Shown here in pieces: positions 51,852 to 64,000 of a stretch of DNA of 64,000 nt (the first letter of the stretch is position 1; each line of letters begins with the position of its first letter). Origin of the DNA: Paragordius varius (Eukaryota > Animalia > Nematomorpha); contig OZ176052.1 of assembly GCA_964247055.1 (NCBI GenBank), positions 6,386,001-6,450,000 on the forward strand. Reading direction: 5' to 3'. The position numbers and the translations under genes are program-made. A model generated the notes under the pieces. The model did no database searches. It was not told where the DNA came from and saw nothing but the letters and a program-made list of their open reading frames with translations.

Positions 51852-53012
51852 CTATATACCTATTCGATTCTTTATTGTCGGCACATTTCTAGGAAATTTG
51901 TAAGGGTATTTTTGCATTATGTAAATCCACAATGCGCAATAAACTGTTAATGACCACAGCTTAATAATATTGTGTGTCTTGTTAAACCCAGACATTTCAT
52001 CATAGTATATGATCATCCCTTTGTCCACGAAAGAAAATGTTTTGATTATAAAGTCAGTAATGAATATGGGATAATATCCGGCGGTGAAAATTAAAAAAAA
52101 TTTAATATAATTTTCATTTGAAATACTCAAACTGCCCTCCGGGTGATGATTAGGTATAGTCATAAATCTTGCACGTCTTTTTCGTCTCCAAACTTTTAAC
52201 GGTGATTTGCAAAAACTTAAGACTTTACGAACCTTTGTTTTAGGGCGCCTCGTATTGTTGAATCGTACACTATTACCCGCTGATTGTTGAATTGTGAATA
52301 AAGTATCTTCCAAAAATGAGGTAACCGATCGATCTGGCACCATATTAATGTGATGATGGTGGACCTTGTTTCGAGACGAAATACAAAGTTGACGTATCAT
52401 CATACACATTATCCAAGTCAGCGTTAACAAGGGTATCCCATTAAGGATTATTAGACGCAAAGAAATCATGATAACCATGTTAGAATTATCCGTCTTTATA
52501 CTAAGTCTATAAGCCCTAGTTCCTTGACTCACATCCACTAACCGTTCATGTAAATTAAACAGCATAAGATTATGGATATGCAGGAAAAGACACGTTATCA
52601 ATGTTCCAAGCTTGATCCATCTAATTTGTCGAGACTTGTAACTTATGTTAAGGTAAACGTAATCCATCGTCTGAGACATAACCTCAAACCCTACCATGAG
52701 ATTCAAAACGAGGTATGTCGAATACAACGATGGTGATATCCAATGCCTCCACCGTGAGAAGCATTGAACATAGGCATACGAGTATATGAAATTTGCTTTT
52801 TGATAGAGACCAATCACCTCAATTACTGGATGGTAGAATGTTATAATTTGTAATATGTTAAGGTAATCCATCCTCATCCACAAGAATATGACATCATTAA
52901 TTTGGTGTCGCGAAAGACGAATTATCAGGGCGGCAACCGTTATGAAGGTTAGTGTCAGGATGATTGGATAGATAAAAAAATAAAATATTTTATCAAATGT
53001 ATCAAAAATCAT
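51852..53012 (-). CDS. Intronless divergent 7TM (GPCR-like, possibly chemoreceptor) protein, 386 aa, paralog B
   Basis: Long clean ORF in AT-rich DNA; seven hydrophobic segments; TM5 LNGIP, TM6 GYYP, long basic ICL3; no DRY or NPxxY motif; paralogous to 53478-54587. Confidence 0.8.
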   Translation of the reverse strand: MIFDTFDKIFYFFIYPIILTLTFITVAALIIRLSRHQINDVIFLWMRMDYLNILQIITFYHPVIEVIGLYQKANFIYSYAYVQCFSRWRHWISPSLYSTYLVLNLMVGFEVMSQTMDYVYLNISYKSRQIRWIKLGTLITCLFLHIHNLMLFNLHERLVDVSQGTRAYRLSIKTDNSNMVIMISLRLIILNGIPLLTLTWIMCMMIRQLCISSRNKVHHHHINMVPDRSVTSFLEDTLFTIQQSAGNSVRFNNTRRPKTKVRKVLSFCKSPLKVWRRKRRARFMTIPNHHPEGSLSISNENYIKFFLIFTAGYYPIFITDFIIKTFSFVDKGMIIYYDEMSGFNKTHNIIKLWSLTVYCALWIYIMQKYPYKFPRNVPTIKNRIGI

Positions 53013-53477
53013 CCTGTCATATATATGGGAGGAAAATGTTAATGTTTAAGCAATTTGTAAAATTCAAGACCACTTCATGATTTTCGATTCCAATTAGGTT
53101 TTGAAATTCATACTGTGAGCAATAATTGCTTAATTTTAAAACGAATTAAAATTATTAATGATGGGCAAAAAGTATATGATGAATGTATTTGTAAAAATTG
53201 TTAAACCATAATACTTACAAAATACTTTAAAAATTAATAAAAATCAATTAAGGATGCCTCCATTAATTGTGGAAAAAATATATGCACACTGTTCCCATCT
53301 AAAAACACATCATGATCCCTTCCCACAACATGTTTTTGTTAAAAATTAAAGGATTAAACACATTTAAAGATTAATAGTAATGGTTTAAATATCCTATTTT
53401 GAGATATGACTTATGTATATTTCTATATAAGATTATGATACGATGCTGTGTGTCATTAAACTAAATGGGTTTATAAG

Positions 53478-54587
53478 TTAATTATCGCGGTTGGGAAACT
53501 TGCATTTAAAGATTTTTAGTAAAATAAGCCACAGACTGCAATATACCGTTAAAGACCAAAGTCGGCACAAATTATTAATTTTGTTAAATAGAAGATTTTC
53601 ATCGTAGTATACGCTAATGGATTGTGTATAAAATGTAAATATATTAACTGCAATATCCGCTATGTAAAGGGGGTAATATCCAACCGTGTAAAAACAAAAT
53701 ATTTTAATATGATCATTATTGTCAAAACTAGCGTTCCTTTCGTTGCCTATGAGAAAGCGTTGTAATATTTCAAAAATTGTCATTTTTTTTCGAATATAGT
53801 TGACCTCTGGAGTATTTGGTGTTAATGTTTTATTCAACGCATTTTTATTTTCAATTCTAACACCCTTATCGTTAAGTTTGGTTAAGGTTATTTCAGATGT
53901 CGTAGGAATTTGAGTGGCATGATTGGTTGTTAAAACCATGCCTCGTCTCGTTTTATGTTTGAGAATGGCATTTTTTATCAAGAAAAATGTTACTATGGTG
54001 AGTGAAAGAAAGGGTATAATATTAAGTATCATAATTCTTAAACTATACATGACGATAAAATTGGTAGATACAATATCAATGTTTAAACGATATCCCTTGG
54101 GAACTTTTGATAAATCTTTTACCCGTCCCTTGATATCAAAGAAAATTACATTATGTATATAAAACAATAGTACAAGGATAAATGTGAACACTTTTATAAG
54201 TGAGATGAATCGTGCATTAGATGTAATATGAAAATAGTCATAATCCAAATTTTGTGACATAACTTGGAAACCAATCATGAGATTTATAAGGAGATATGAG
54301 GCATTTAGAGCCGGAGTAAGCCAGTGTCTCCATCGAGTAAAATATTGTAGGTATCGGATGTCTCGAATATAAGGGGCATCAAAATATAAACTTACAATTT
54401 CCACGATTGAATGGGAAAACGCAATAATTTGAAGGACATTCAAATAATCCATTTTTATCCAAAGAAAAAAGTTATCATTTATGCTAACACGTGATAACTT
54501 AATTATCAAATATATAAGAGTGATTAACAATATTACAAGCGCAAATGGATAAAATATGATGTAAAAAAAGAAATCCAAGTTTTGCAT
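53478..54587 (-). CDS. Intronless divergent 7TM (GPCR-like, possibly chemoreceptor) protein, 369 aa, paralog A
   Basis: Same topology; shared motifs with paralog B: FLWxxMDYLN, RWRHW, MSQxxDY, LRxxILNxIP, GYYP, LWSLTVYC. Confidence 0.8.
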   Translation of the reverse strand: MQNLDFFFYIIFYPFALVILLITLIYLIIKLSRVSINDNFFLWIKMDYLNVLQIIAFSHSIVEIVSLYFDAPYIRDIRYLQYFTRWRHWLTPALNASYLLINLMIGFQVMSQNLDYDYFHITSNARFISLIKVFTFILVLLFYIHNVIFFDIKGRVKDLSKVPKGYRLNIDIVSTNFIVMYSLRIMILNIIPFLSLTIVTFFLIKNAILKHKTRRGMVLTTNHATQIPTTSEITLTKLNDKGVRIENKNALNKTLTPNTPEVNYIRKKMTIFEILQRFLIGNERNASFDNNDHIKIFCFYTVGYYPLYIADIAVNIFTFYTQSISVYYDENLLFNKINNLCRLWSLTVYCSLWLILLKIFKCKFPNRDN

Positions 54588-57500
54588 TTAAATCTTGAAA
54601 TTTGACAAAAACTTTGATATATTTTTTTATGGATAAATAAATTATATTAATTAACATTTATATATGTTTCATGCTGTGCTGTTGATAATTATTATTAACA
54701 TTAATTGAAAGTGACATAAAATCTATGCGTATATTATGTGTTTTTAATTTATTGATGATCAAATCAATAAGATATATTCTTACCCACATTACCTTTTACT
54801 TTGGTTAAAAAAAGAGAGACTCACTCTTAGCCGCACCACAATAAAGTTTATATATAAAAAAACATGACATACGTTTAGTAAACAATGATTCATAAACATT
54901 ACAATTTGAAAATGGAAATATTTTGAAGACTCGGTTAATTTAATATTTTAAGTTAAAAACTAGAAGAGGGATGTCCAACATAAATGCCTTTGCGGGCCGT
55001 ATTTTTAGCTCAAAAAATCCGAGCGCTCTCGAAAAATATATAATCATTTACAAATATTTTACTTGATTTTAAACATAGGACAAAAAAATTTTTGAACACA
55101 TAATTAAAACTCTAGTCGCCAATTTTTGCTAGTTTGTTGCCAAAGTTTGTATAGATTTATTAAGAAAATTAAATTAAGAAATACCTAAAAATTTGGAAAA
55201 GCGCATATTTTTTGCAAATTATCGTTTTAAATAATTTTTCAAAGTTTCAGCAGGATGAAAGAAATATGTTGAAGGACCGCGCGTGAGACACCCCTTGCAA
55301 TAGAAAATACTCATTTTTTTAAATTAATGGTTAATTCTTTAATTAATAGAATAATGTATTAGAATTTTGGCCATTGTAAAATGTTAGATGTAGAAAACTA
55401 GGTAATTTGATTATCATTGAACATATTGGTAACCAAAAAAAGTACGCATTAGAGTTGTATAAAATACAATCATGTGAAAATTTCTAAATCACCGTTTTAT
55501 GGATAAAATTAAAAATATTTAAGAATAGGTTTTGACGTAAAATGGAGAGAAATAACATGCTCGTTTTTTGATAGTTATTTTTTTGGTTTATCACTTGTGA
55601 CTTAAAAATACAAATATTTACTGAAAACTCTCCAAATAAAAGATTAATCCCTGGTCGACAAATGGTTAGAGCCAAAAACAAAATTTATGAATTGCATAAT
55701 TAAAAATCTATATGCCATCTATATTTTAGACATCTAGAGTTATAAGTCGGGAAAATTTAATTGAATGTTTATCAAATATTTTATCTCTCCTTTTTGTGAA
55801 ATATAAAATTTTTAAAAATGAATTTCGGGTTTTTGTAAAACCAACAACCTATAAAAATGATTTTTTGGATTTATGGCACCCTAATTTGGCAACAGTGTAA
55901 TATTATAATGATGTATTTTTAGTCTTTAACCAAAATACTGAAATAATAATAATATTTCTTAATTATACATCGAGTGAATTTGAACAAAATGTGATTAAAT
56001 CCCATTACATATTGTATAAAAATGTAACAATTATGATTGAGCCGGATTTTTAAATGGTCCCGAGTACATCATTCCGTGTAAAAGGAAATACTACAAAATC
56101 GTGACGCAATTCTCCAAGAAACATATAGGCTCAATTAAAATAAAAAACTTTAATCATAATGAAACACCAATCACATTTTTTAATTAGCCCCTTTCAGCCC
56201 CAAAATTCCGAATTCGCTATAAAAAATTTCTTTAAACCAATTATACGAAAACGTATGTGACCATATAATAATAGTCTCATAGAAGCCGAATATTATAACC
56301 GAGCATTTTATTTAAAATTAGCCCCTGAGCAGAAACTAGCCATATTTTTAACCCTTTGCATAAAAATTGTTTCGTGGTGGCAATTTTCCGGATAATAGGT
56401 CGTGCCAACCCTAATTTATTTTCTTGAATTAGCCCCTAGTTCAGCTACACTCTAAAAGTTTTGTTATATTTTATTACTTGTCTAGCGTCTAAAATTAATT
56501 AGCCGAATAAAAACGTAGTTTTTAAATACATTCTGAAAAAAATGTTTGTTTAAAATTATAATCCTTTTTTACTATTTTTTAACAATAGTCTATTACAACA
56601 AGAAAATATTATTTTATTCCAATCACGTTAGATTTCGACCAAGTTACATATAATATTCAGACTTTATTCATCCAACAATTATATATACACTAATGTTTCC
56701 AAAAATAAATTTAATTATGGAAAAATTAAAATAAATTATTAAGTATAATTAGTAAATAGAATTTCAAAACAAAATATTATAGTCAAGCGTTGAATTCTTA
56801 CACTGTTTACGCGTGGAATGAGAGTAATTCATGATCGTTGCAGCTCTGGGTAAGCGAGTGTTTTAGCTTACAAGTTAATTTAATACCATTTATACCCTTT
56901 GATAAAAAGGACTAGTGTAAACTGTATACTATTTATATGTATGAGCCGGAATCGTTTTCCTAGCTCCACATAATTATTTGTAAAAAACGGTTGATTAAAT
57001 TAAAACGGTTCTAATCCTTGATATTATTCAAACAATTATGTGTGTACCATTCAAAATATGCTTTGTTACTTTGCAGTACTTTAAAGACATTAACTTTGAA
57101 ATCATTTTTATATTTCACAACAAGCATCTTTTAATCAGTAATATGCAAAAAATATACTTCGTCATAAATATTTTGCACATAAAAATAATCGTAAGATATA
57201 GTGCATAGCATAGCCCAACATGAGATATGGAACACCTAACAAGCACTCGCTTAGATTAGGGAATTAATTTTTTTGTTAATTTTGTGAGCAAAAATCTTCA
57301 AAACAAATATGACCAGTAAAATGTAAAATAGTATTCAATCATTATCTATAAAAATAATTTTAATATTTTAAAACACGTAATTAAAAATTAATTTATTATG
57401 ATTGATATTTTCCAACTCTATCGCGTGCTATTAAACGTAGATCCGAACCATGTTTTAGGAAAACAGAACCTTATTATAAGGATATAATGAACCTGCTGTC

Positions 57501-57936
57501 ACATTAGGATTTATTCCAATGCCACTATCTGAAATTATTGCCGAAGTATTTGAATCTAATTTAAACTATATTAGAGTTAGGATAAACTTCATTGCAAACA
57601 AATTTTAATACGTTTACAAAAGGCGTTTGCTCTGGCACTGAAACTCTAAAATAATTAAAAAAATACATTTTAAATGGCAATTTTGGATCAGAAGATTCGG
57701 TTATTTTAAAAGTAATCTTGGCATTAGACCTTTAAATATATAACTATTTAAATTACATTTTCAGGTAGGGATCGTACACGCTGTTACCATATGATGATTC
57801 GAATCAAGCAGGTAAAAGTAACATTTACCTGATGGAACACAAAAGAAAATATTCAAAAATAAAGGTTTATAAATTATTAGATGCCATTTCAAATAAAAAT
57901 AATATTATCAAGTAAAATATTTCTTATTCTATTAAG

Positions 57937-60900
57937 TCCGTTTTCACATATTTTTATGGGGTTTACTTCGGATGGGAAGTATTTAATTTCTTACAAAGTG
58001 GAAAAGCAAGCTTTTTATGATCTTGAATCCGAAAGCTTTGACCGAGATAATCCATTTTTTATATTGCATTTTTGGAACTTTGAATTAAATAAAGGATTAA
58101 CTCTAGTTTATTGTTTTTTAATCTTTAGTTTAATACTTTTTCCCTGTTTAATAAAGAAACACTTTCTGAAAATTCAATGATCTGCCTCCAAAATGCTAAA
58201 AACCAATGTGATCCTAACGTGTTTATTAATGACATTAGAAATATTAATATATATTCGGGAAAGTATACGTTTTTATTACCACATTTAAAGAATACACTAG
58301 ACAACAAATTTTAAATTTTTTTAACTGCCATTCTTGTAACTTTAAAATTTATTTCATTAAAGTACATAATTAGTATATCTGAAAAGAAAATTGGTCTAGC
58401 ATTCAAGAATTTTTTTATATTAGAGTTTATCGATAATTTTTGGCCCCGATTTAACATTAGACTCGAAATTTCGAAAATTAAAAGTTTTAGATATGAAGCC
58501 ATGTATTTTATATCATTCAAAAGAGCGCAAAAAACTGCATCTTTTAAATGGTAGTAAGTCATTTAAATCAATCGGATGTAAAAGTTATTTGGATTTAAAT
58601 GGTCGAAATTTTAAATCCCTAAATAAGTCAAAAATTTCCCACTAATTTGAAAATCATATAAATTATTTTAATATAATTAATAGGGTTATATTAGTATTTA
58701 ATTTAAAAAAAATGTTTGAAAAAGTTGGTTTGCTTTTTTAATAAAAATTATTATTATCATAAATATTTTACCTAGTGGATACATAGCTGCTTAGTTATAA
58801 CTGTAAATTTATTACATAATGGCTATAAAAGATCAAAAATACCTTAAACTTTGTTTTTATTTTTAAAATTTCGAAATTATCAGCCTCGTAAAGAAAATAA
58901 ATTAATATTGATGAGATGGTAATTTTTAAAAAACAAAAAACTTAAAAATGGCTGTTTTGAGTGACATAATAGCAATAAAAAAATGTTTTAATCAAAAAAA
59001 ATTTCTTGTGTTATCTTTGGACATTCATCACCATCTAAACAAAGTTTGGGCTATTATCCATTAATTTTAAAAATATAATAATTAAAAAAAATGCTCTCGC
59101 TTCGTGCGTTTGTCGCTCTTTGTGTCCAATATTAACTGTCGATGTAATACATATTAGTATACATTCTATAGAGTTTTTAATACTCTTTCGAATGATATGT
59201 TACAAATGGGCATTAATTGTATATTTTCAAAGAAAAACATTTTTTATTAAAATTTTGATAAAGAGGGCGCATAATCAAAAAAATCAAATTATACAAAATT
59301 CTTCCATCGAGTTATAATTTTTATTTCAGATTTACTGTTAGAATGATACTAAATATCAGAAAATGCAAAAAACTCGAGTGGCAGAAAAATTTGTTGTCCA
59401 GTGATATCAATTTAAAATAATTAAAATTCTAAATACATAAATTTTTAATATCAGTTGGCTTGGTATTTTTATTTTTTGCAAATCAAAGTCTTTTTACTAA
59501 AATTTTTTGGTTTTCCTCATAATAAGCCATCAATATGCCGATAAACTAAATATTGATACAATCAATTTAATTAATTATATTTTTGTTACTAATTATTTGA
59601 TTACATATGCAAAAATGAAATTTGAATTTGGGCCATTAATTTACTGGTTTAATAAGCAGTTAACCTATTTAATGGTTAAAACCCACTATTGAATTTAATT
59701 GAATATTAAGATATTTGATGCTCAATATTTAGCTTCTAAACCAAATTAAATTATTTTTGTTTATCTATTAGTTTGGACCATACATCCCCTGATAGATGTT
59801 ATAAACACAATTTTACTCAAATTTTTTCCGGCGGAAAAGGTATTTTACAGTAAAACTATATATATACAGACAAAACGTAGAAACATAAAGACAAATATTT
59901 TTTTCAAAAAACCGCTGTATCTTTTTAAATTAATTTTTAATATAACTAATTGTTTTAAATAGCATAGTATGAGTTTATCTAAATTGGTAACATAATCATA
60001 TATATTAAAATGTGGCAAAAAATCAAGTATAAAAAGTATGGGTATCTTTTAAAAAGATATTTGTCTTCATGTTTTTACGTTTTTTTATATATAATAATTT
60101 TTACTCTAATTAAAGATTGCATCCAAATATAACCCAAATATATTATTTAAAGTGTTTTGATATTAGTGTATAGAGATGGTGAAACATATAGATATCCTTA
60201 TTTTTGTCTACATTTTAAACATGAACAAATAAACCCCAACTCCTCGTTTTATAAAACTCATTATTATCGGCCTTACTGTAATTACACAATCTTACATCTG
60301 ATCGACACAATCTTGGCTGTCAAATGTCATATCACACTTGATTCCGAAACGCTAACAACTGTAATCAGAAATAATTTGAGGTATATAAATAATAATTTAA
60401 ATCTATTAATATTTTTATTGGTTAATAATTTCCAAATATTCTTTTTTCTTAAAACTTAGGATATAGTTTTTAATGTTATTCCGTGGGCAACTGCTATTTT
60501 TAATAAGTGTACGTATTTTTTTGAGAGGATAAAAATAAAATAACAAATTTAGTGTTAAACTAATAATATTTAAAACGCAAGAATAAATAGAGATCACATA
60601 AAATCGTACTATTAATTCCTCGTGCTTACATGTTATTATATTTAACTGAAAATGGCGAACCCAATGAAATTCTCTCATAAAGTTTAATCATCCAATATGA
60701 ACATAAAAAGCCATAAATAATTCGGCTTATAAAAAGAATGCTCGCAACACTAAATTATATTAAAAGACGAACCGGAAATCGTAAAATTTAATAACCAGGC
60801 TACATAAAAGGATGATCACTGACCCATATTAATCCAAAGATGAAGCGAAATCCGCATGTATAATGTGTATTCCTAAGTTATAAGTCAAACACAGCAAAAC

Positions 60901-63900
60901 AAAAAAAAGACGTTTGTACTCCGAAAATTTGTTAAGTTTATACTATTCACAAAATTAATGATTGTTCTGCACATTTATTCAATCGAAACGCCCTTTAAGT
61001 GAGAAAAGCACAATTGAAAATTTTCAGACTTTGTCAAAGCACCTCTAACACAATACGGCAAATAATCTGACAAGTAAAGCTTCTTTCTTCAATTATAATA
61101 ACAGTTCAATTAAAGGCTGATAAATAATTATCAAATCTGTTGATCTTTAAAATCAAAGGTAGCTGAATTAAGATAAATTTTATTTTTGTTTTCCAATTGC
61201 TTCTATTTTCCACATTTTTATTTGGCCCTACTAAGACCATAATATATAGTACTGAGCCAGCTTTTGAGCTAGAATTATAGTTAGACATCATTATATGTAT
61301 ATAATTATCTGGAATTCTACGATGGATGTGACCAGCCCATCTTAGTCTTTTAGTTCTTAGGAAGGGATCAAGAGCAGCATTTTGAGGTTATAGGGATCGA
61401 ATCGATTATTAAAATTAAGTTTAATATTATTTACTGAATAACGTGAAGAAACGACTTTTTAAAAACAACAGATTATTTTAAAATCTTCAAATCACCGCGC
61501 AATAAAAAGAAGAGAACAACATTTATTTAATTGAATGTTATTATTTTATGCGTTTTAATTATTATTTGTTAATCATTACATTAGTTATTCTTTTCAATTT
61601 TATGCATTAGAAATACTCGAAAATTTTGCATTATAAATTAGGAGAAATCAAAATCAAATGATTGTGATGTAAAACCATAGTTTTTTGAAATATTTAACTC
61701 ATTCTTTGTTCATAAAGTTAACTATTTTCACTCGCTTTCATTTAAGATGTAAAATTTAATTTTTTATATCAAAAAGATAAATGTACCATAAATAGCTAAA
61801 AATAACCGTTTCCCCTATAAAATATTTATCTTTATTTTATCATATCTTTTGTTAATCTTATAAATGCGCTAAAACATATTTTCTGTGTTTAGGCACAGGA
61901 CCTATTTAAAAGAAGATTCCGAATATTACCTCTTTTACCATGAAGAGGTATGAATATTGTTAATTTTACAAACAATTAATAATGATGTTAAAAATTATAT
62001 TTTATCCACTATTTATTGTATGGAATTTATCATTTTGCCTTAAAATAATTGTTAAGACTAAGAGATTATTTTGCTTTAAGGGTTATAGGATAATTCATAA
62101 AAATGTTTACGAAATCCACATATTACAATTTGTTTAAAGATATTTTAAATTACACCATCATTGTTGTATAAAGAATTTGTTTCACATTTTTAAATAAAGA
62201 GTTTCATAGAAAACGCAAACGCTAAGCAGAATTCGTCATTTGTTCATCATTATATTGAACATAATGTAACTACGACTGGGGGACACCCTCTTCAACAATA
62301 CCCATATAATCGTGAACCTTATCCAAAATCTCGTAAATATTCATTTAAATATTAATTACAATAACATTTAGAATGAAATAAAAATTTTATAATTGCATTT
62401 ATAATCAAAAAATCTAATATGTAAATTATATTGAATAAACTTTTGATATTTTACCATGCTAAATTAAAGTAAAAATCTTAAAAATACGATTTCTAACTTT
62501 TTTTGAATTAAAAGAAGATTACATTTCGAAATAATTCATTACATTACCATTATAAACCGTTTAGCTGTATTGAAATGCACATACAAGCAATTAGATTTGG
62601 AATCATTTCTTTCCCATTTTACTACCACGATATTTGATCCAACGCATTATGAGGACGGCAAAATTATAATATTTCAACATTATAAAGATACTAGTTTTGC
62701 AGATAATAATGATAATTTAAATATCAATTCCAAATATCAATTATATCTTCAGTCATTATGTACAGAATCAACAACATTTATTGATCATATTAAACGATAT
62801 AAAATCGACGGAAAAACATTTTTCAAATCCTCCCATTCGCGGAATAGCGATTTGTTGTATACTCACCATCATCCTCATCAAGATTATTTGGTTCATAATG
62901 CATCTCTATTTGATTACAATGCACAGATTATCAATACAAATGGAATTGTTTTACCTGGTAAGCATTAATAATATCAAATATAGTATTTTGCTAATGCAGT
63001 GGTATTTAAAGCTTATTGGTTTACGGTAACCCTTTCAAAAATTATTTAATGCGTCCCTAAAACTAATTATTTTACGCTAAATTTTAATTATGATCGGTTC
63101 TTTTTGTTTTAAACAGAAAAAATAGAAATTTAAGAAAACGGTTTTTAACATAAAAAATTAATTTTTCATGGAATTCAATATAAAGGATTTTAGGCTAATG
63201 TAACAATGTTTTTAATCTTTACAATCGAAAAAATTGGTTGTCAAAATCATAGTAAAAATACAGAATATAAATTAATGATGAATGGTTAATTTTATGTTTA
63301 ATGGCTTAAAATATAAAGATGTATTTCATACGCCTTACTAAACTCATTTACGTAAAGGTCGTGTGAATTAATGATCTAAGGAATGTTTGATATAAAAAAT
63401 TTTACGATAAATTTTTTATCATATAAAACTGTTTTTAATATTTTTTAATTAACATAATAAACAATTACTTATTCACATATCTAATATTAAAATATAAAAA
63501 ATAGTTAATAAAATTATTTTATAATATTTTTACTTATATAAAAACTTATGTTTTGCCCCAAATTTCGCAAATAATAATTAAATTGAATAAACATCGCTAT
63601 TATCCGACAAACTATTGAAAATTTAACTTTAATTTCGAAACAAATATTGGCATATTTGATGATGTTTTATCTATTTTATTTTATTCAAGAACATGATCGC
63701 TATGTGGTGCTGGACGTTGAAATTGTTTTCAAAATTACCTATACCATCCTTGGTCAATCCATTCCAAATGCTACAATCAACACAATTGCTCAAACACTAT
63801 CCGACATTAAGCAACAACAACCTTACAATAAAAATAATGATTCACATACTGATTGTTATGATTTTATTGATGAACAACCTGCGAACGATAGAAATGAAAC

Positions 63901-64000
63901 TAATAAAAATGAAACTAATAAAAATGAAATTGGAAATCTCCGAGAATCAGACTCTAAGGTTATTGAAAATGTTAAACGACACATTTATCACAGTGTCTTA
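57937..64000 (+). CDS. DCAF15: DCAF15-like CUL4-DDB1 substrate receptor, partial; supported exons 57937-58105, 59772-59839, 60167-60380, 62565-62957, 63690 to past the window end (other exons not resolved; 5' exons probably at about 57.4-57.8 kb)
   Basis: HIFMGFTSDGKYLISY...LHFWNF resembles DCAF15 HIFLGFSKCGRYVLSY...LYWWEF; RCYKHNF resembles CLRHGF; CTYKQLDLE resembles LTLDFE; SLFDYNAQII resembles SFSDYDIVI; VVLDVEIVF...HIYHSVL resembles VLINIGLLL...TYHTSL. The motifs are colinear; comparison is from memory. Confidence 0.68.
58295..59403 (+). mobile_element. Non-autonomous CACTA-like element, copy 2 (intronic in the DCAF15-like gene)
   Basis: TIRs CACTAGACAACAAATTTT and AAAATTTGTTGTCCAGTG; 3-bp TSD ATA/ATA; 1109 bp. 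Confidence 0.85.

Noticed and set aside
54900-56600. Weakly repeated motifs (TTAGCCCC three times; similarity to about 7590 and 12580)
   Set aside because: Probably old TE debris, but I could not define termini or a family.

Overview
Very AT-rich eukaryotic (invertebrate animal) genomic DNA with spliceosomal GT-AG introns; not prokaryotic, and no CRISPR, rRNA or tRNA found. Genes reconstructed by hand from splice sites and reading-frame phase: (1) the 5' part of a Delta/Serrate-type Notch ligand (signal peptide, C2/MNNL, DSL; minus strand, 1004-2042); (2) a 19-exon canonical poly(A) polymerase (minus, 15752-26854, about 1226 aa) with a very long low-complexity tail, two ultra-short introns (23 and 24 nt), a candidate intronic C/D-box snoRNA and a full-length decayed RTE-type LINE in one intron (12-bp TSD; HDV-like ribozyme fold at its 5' end); (3) an UNC-5 netrin receptor (plus, 42536-51452; Ig-Ig-TSP1-TSP1-TM-ZU5-death) that appears to lack the UPA domain; (4) two tandem intronless, highly divergent 7TM receptor-like genes; (5) a DCAF15-like gene running off the right end. 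The intergenic DNA holds non-autonomous Helitrons, CACTA-like and TA-TSD MITEs, a foldback element, and a second, orphan HDV-like ribozyme fold at 13.5 kb. The organism cannot be identified from this window. Family assignments come from recalled motifs, not database searches.
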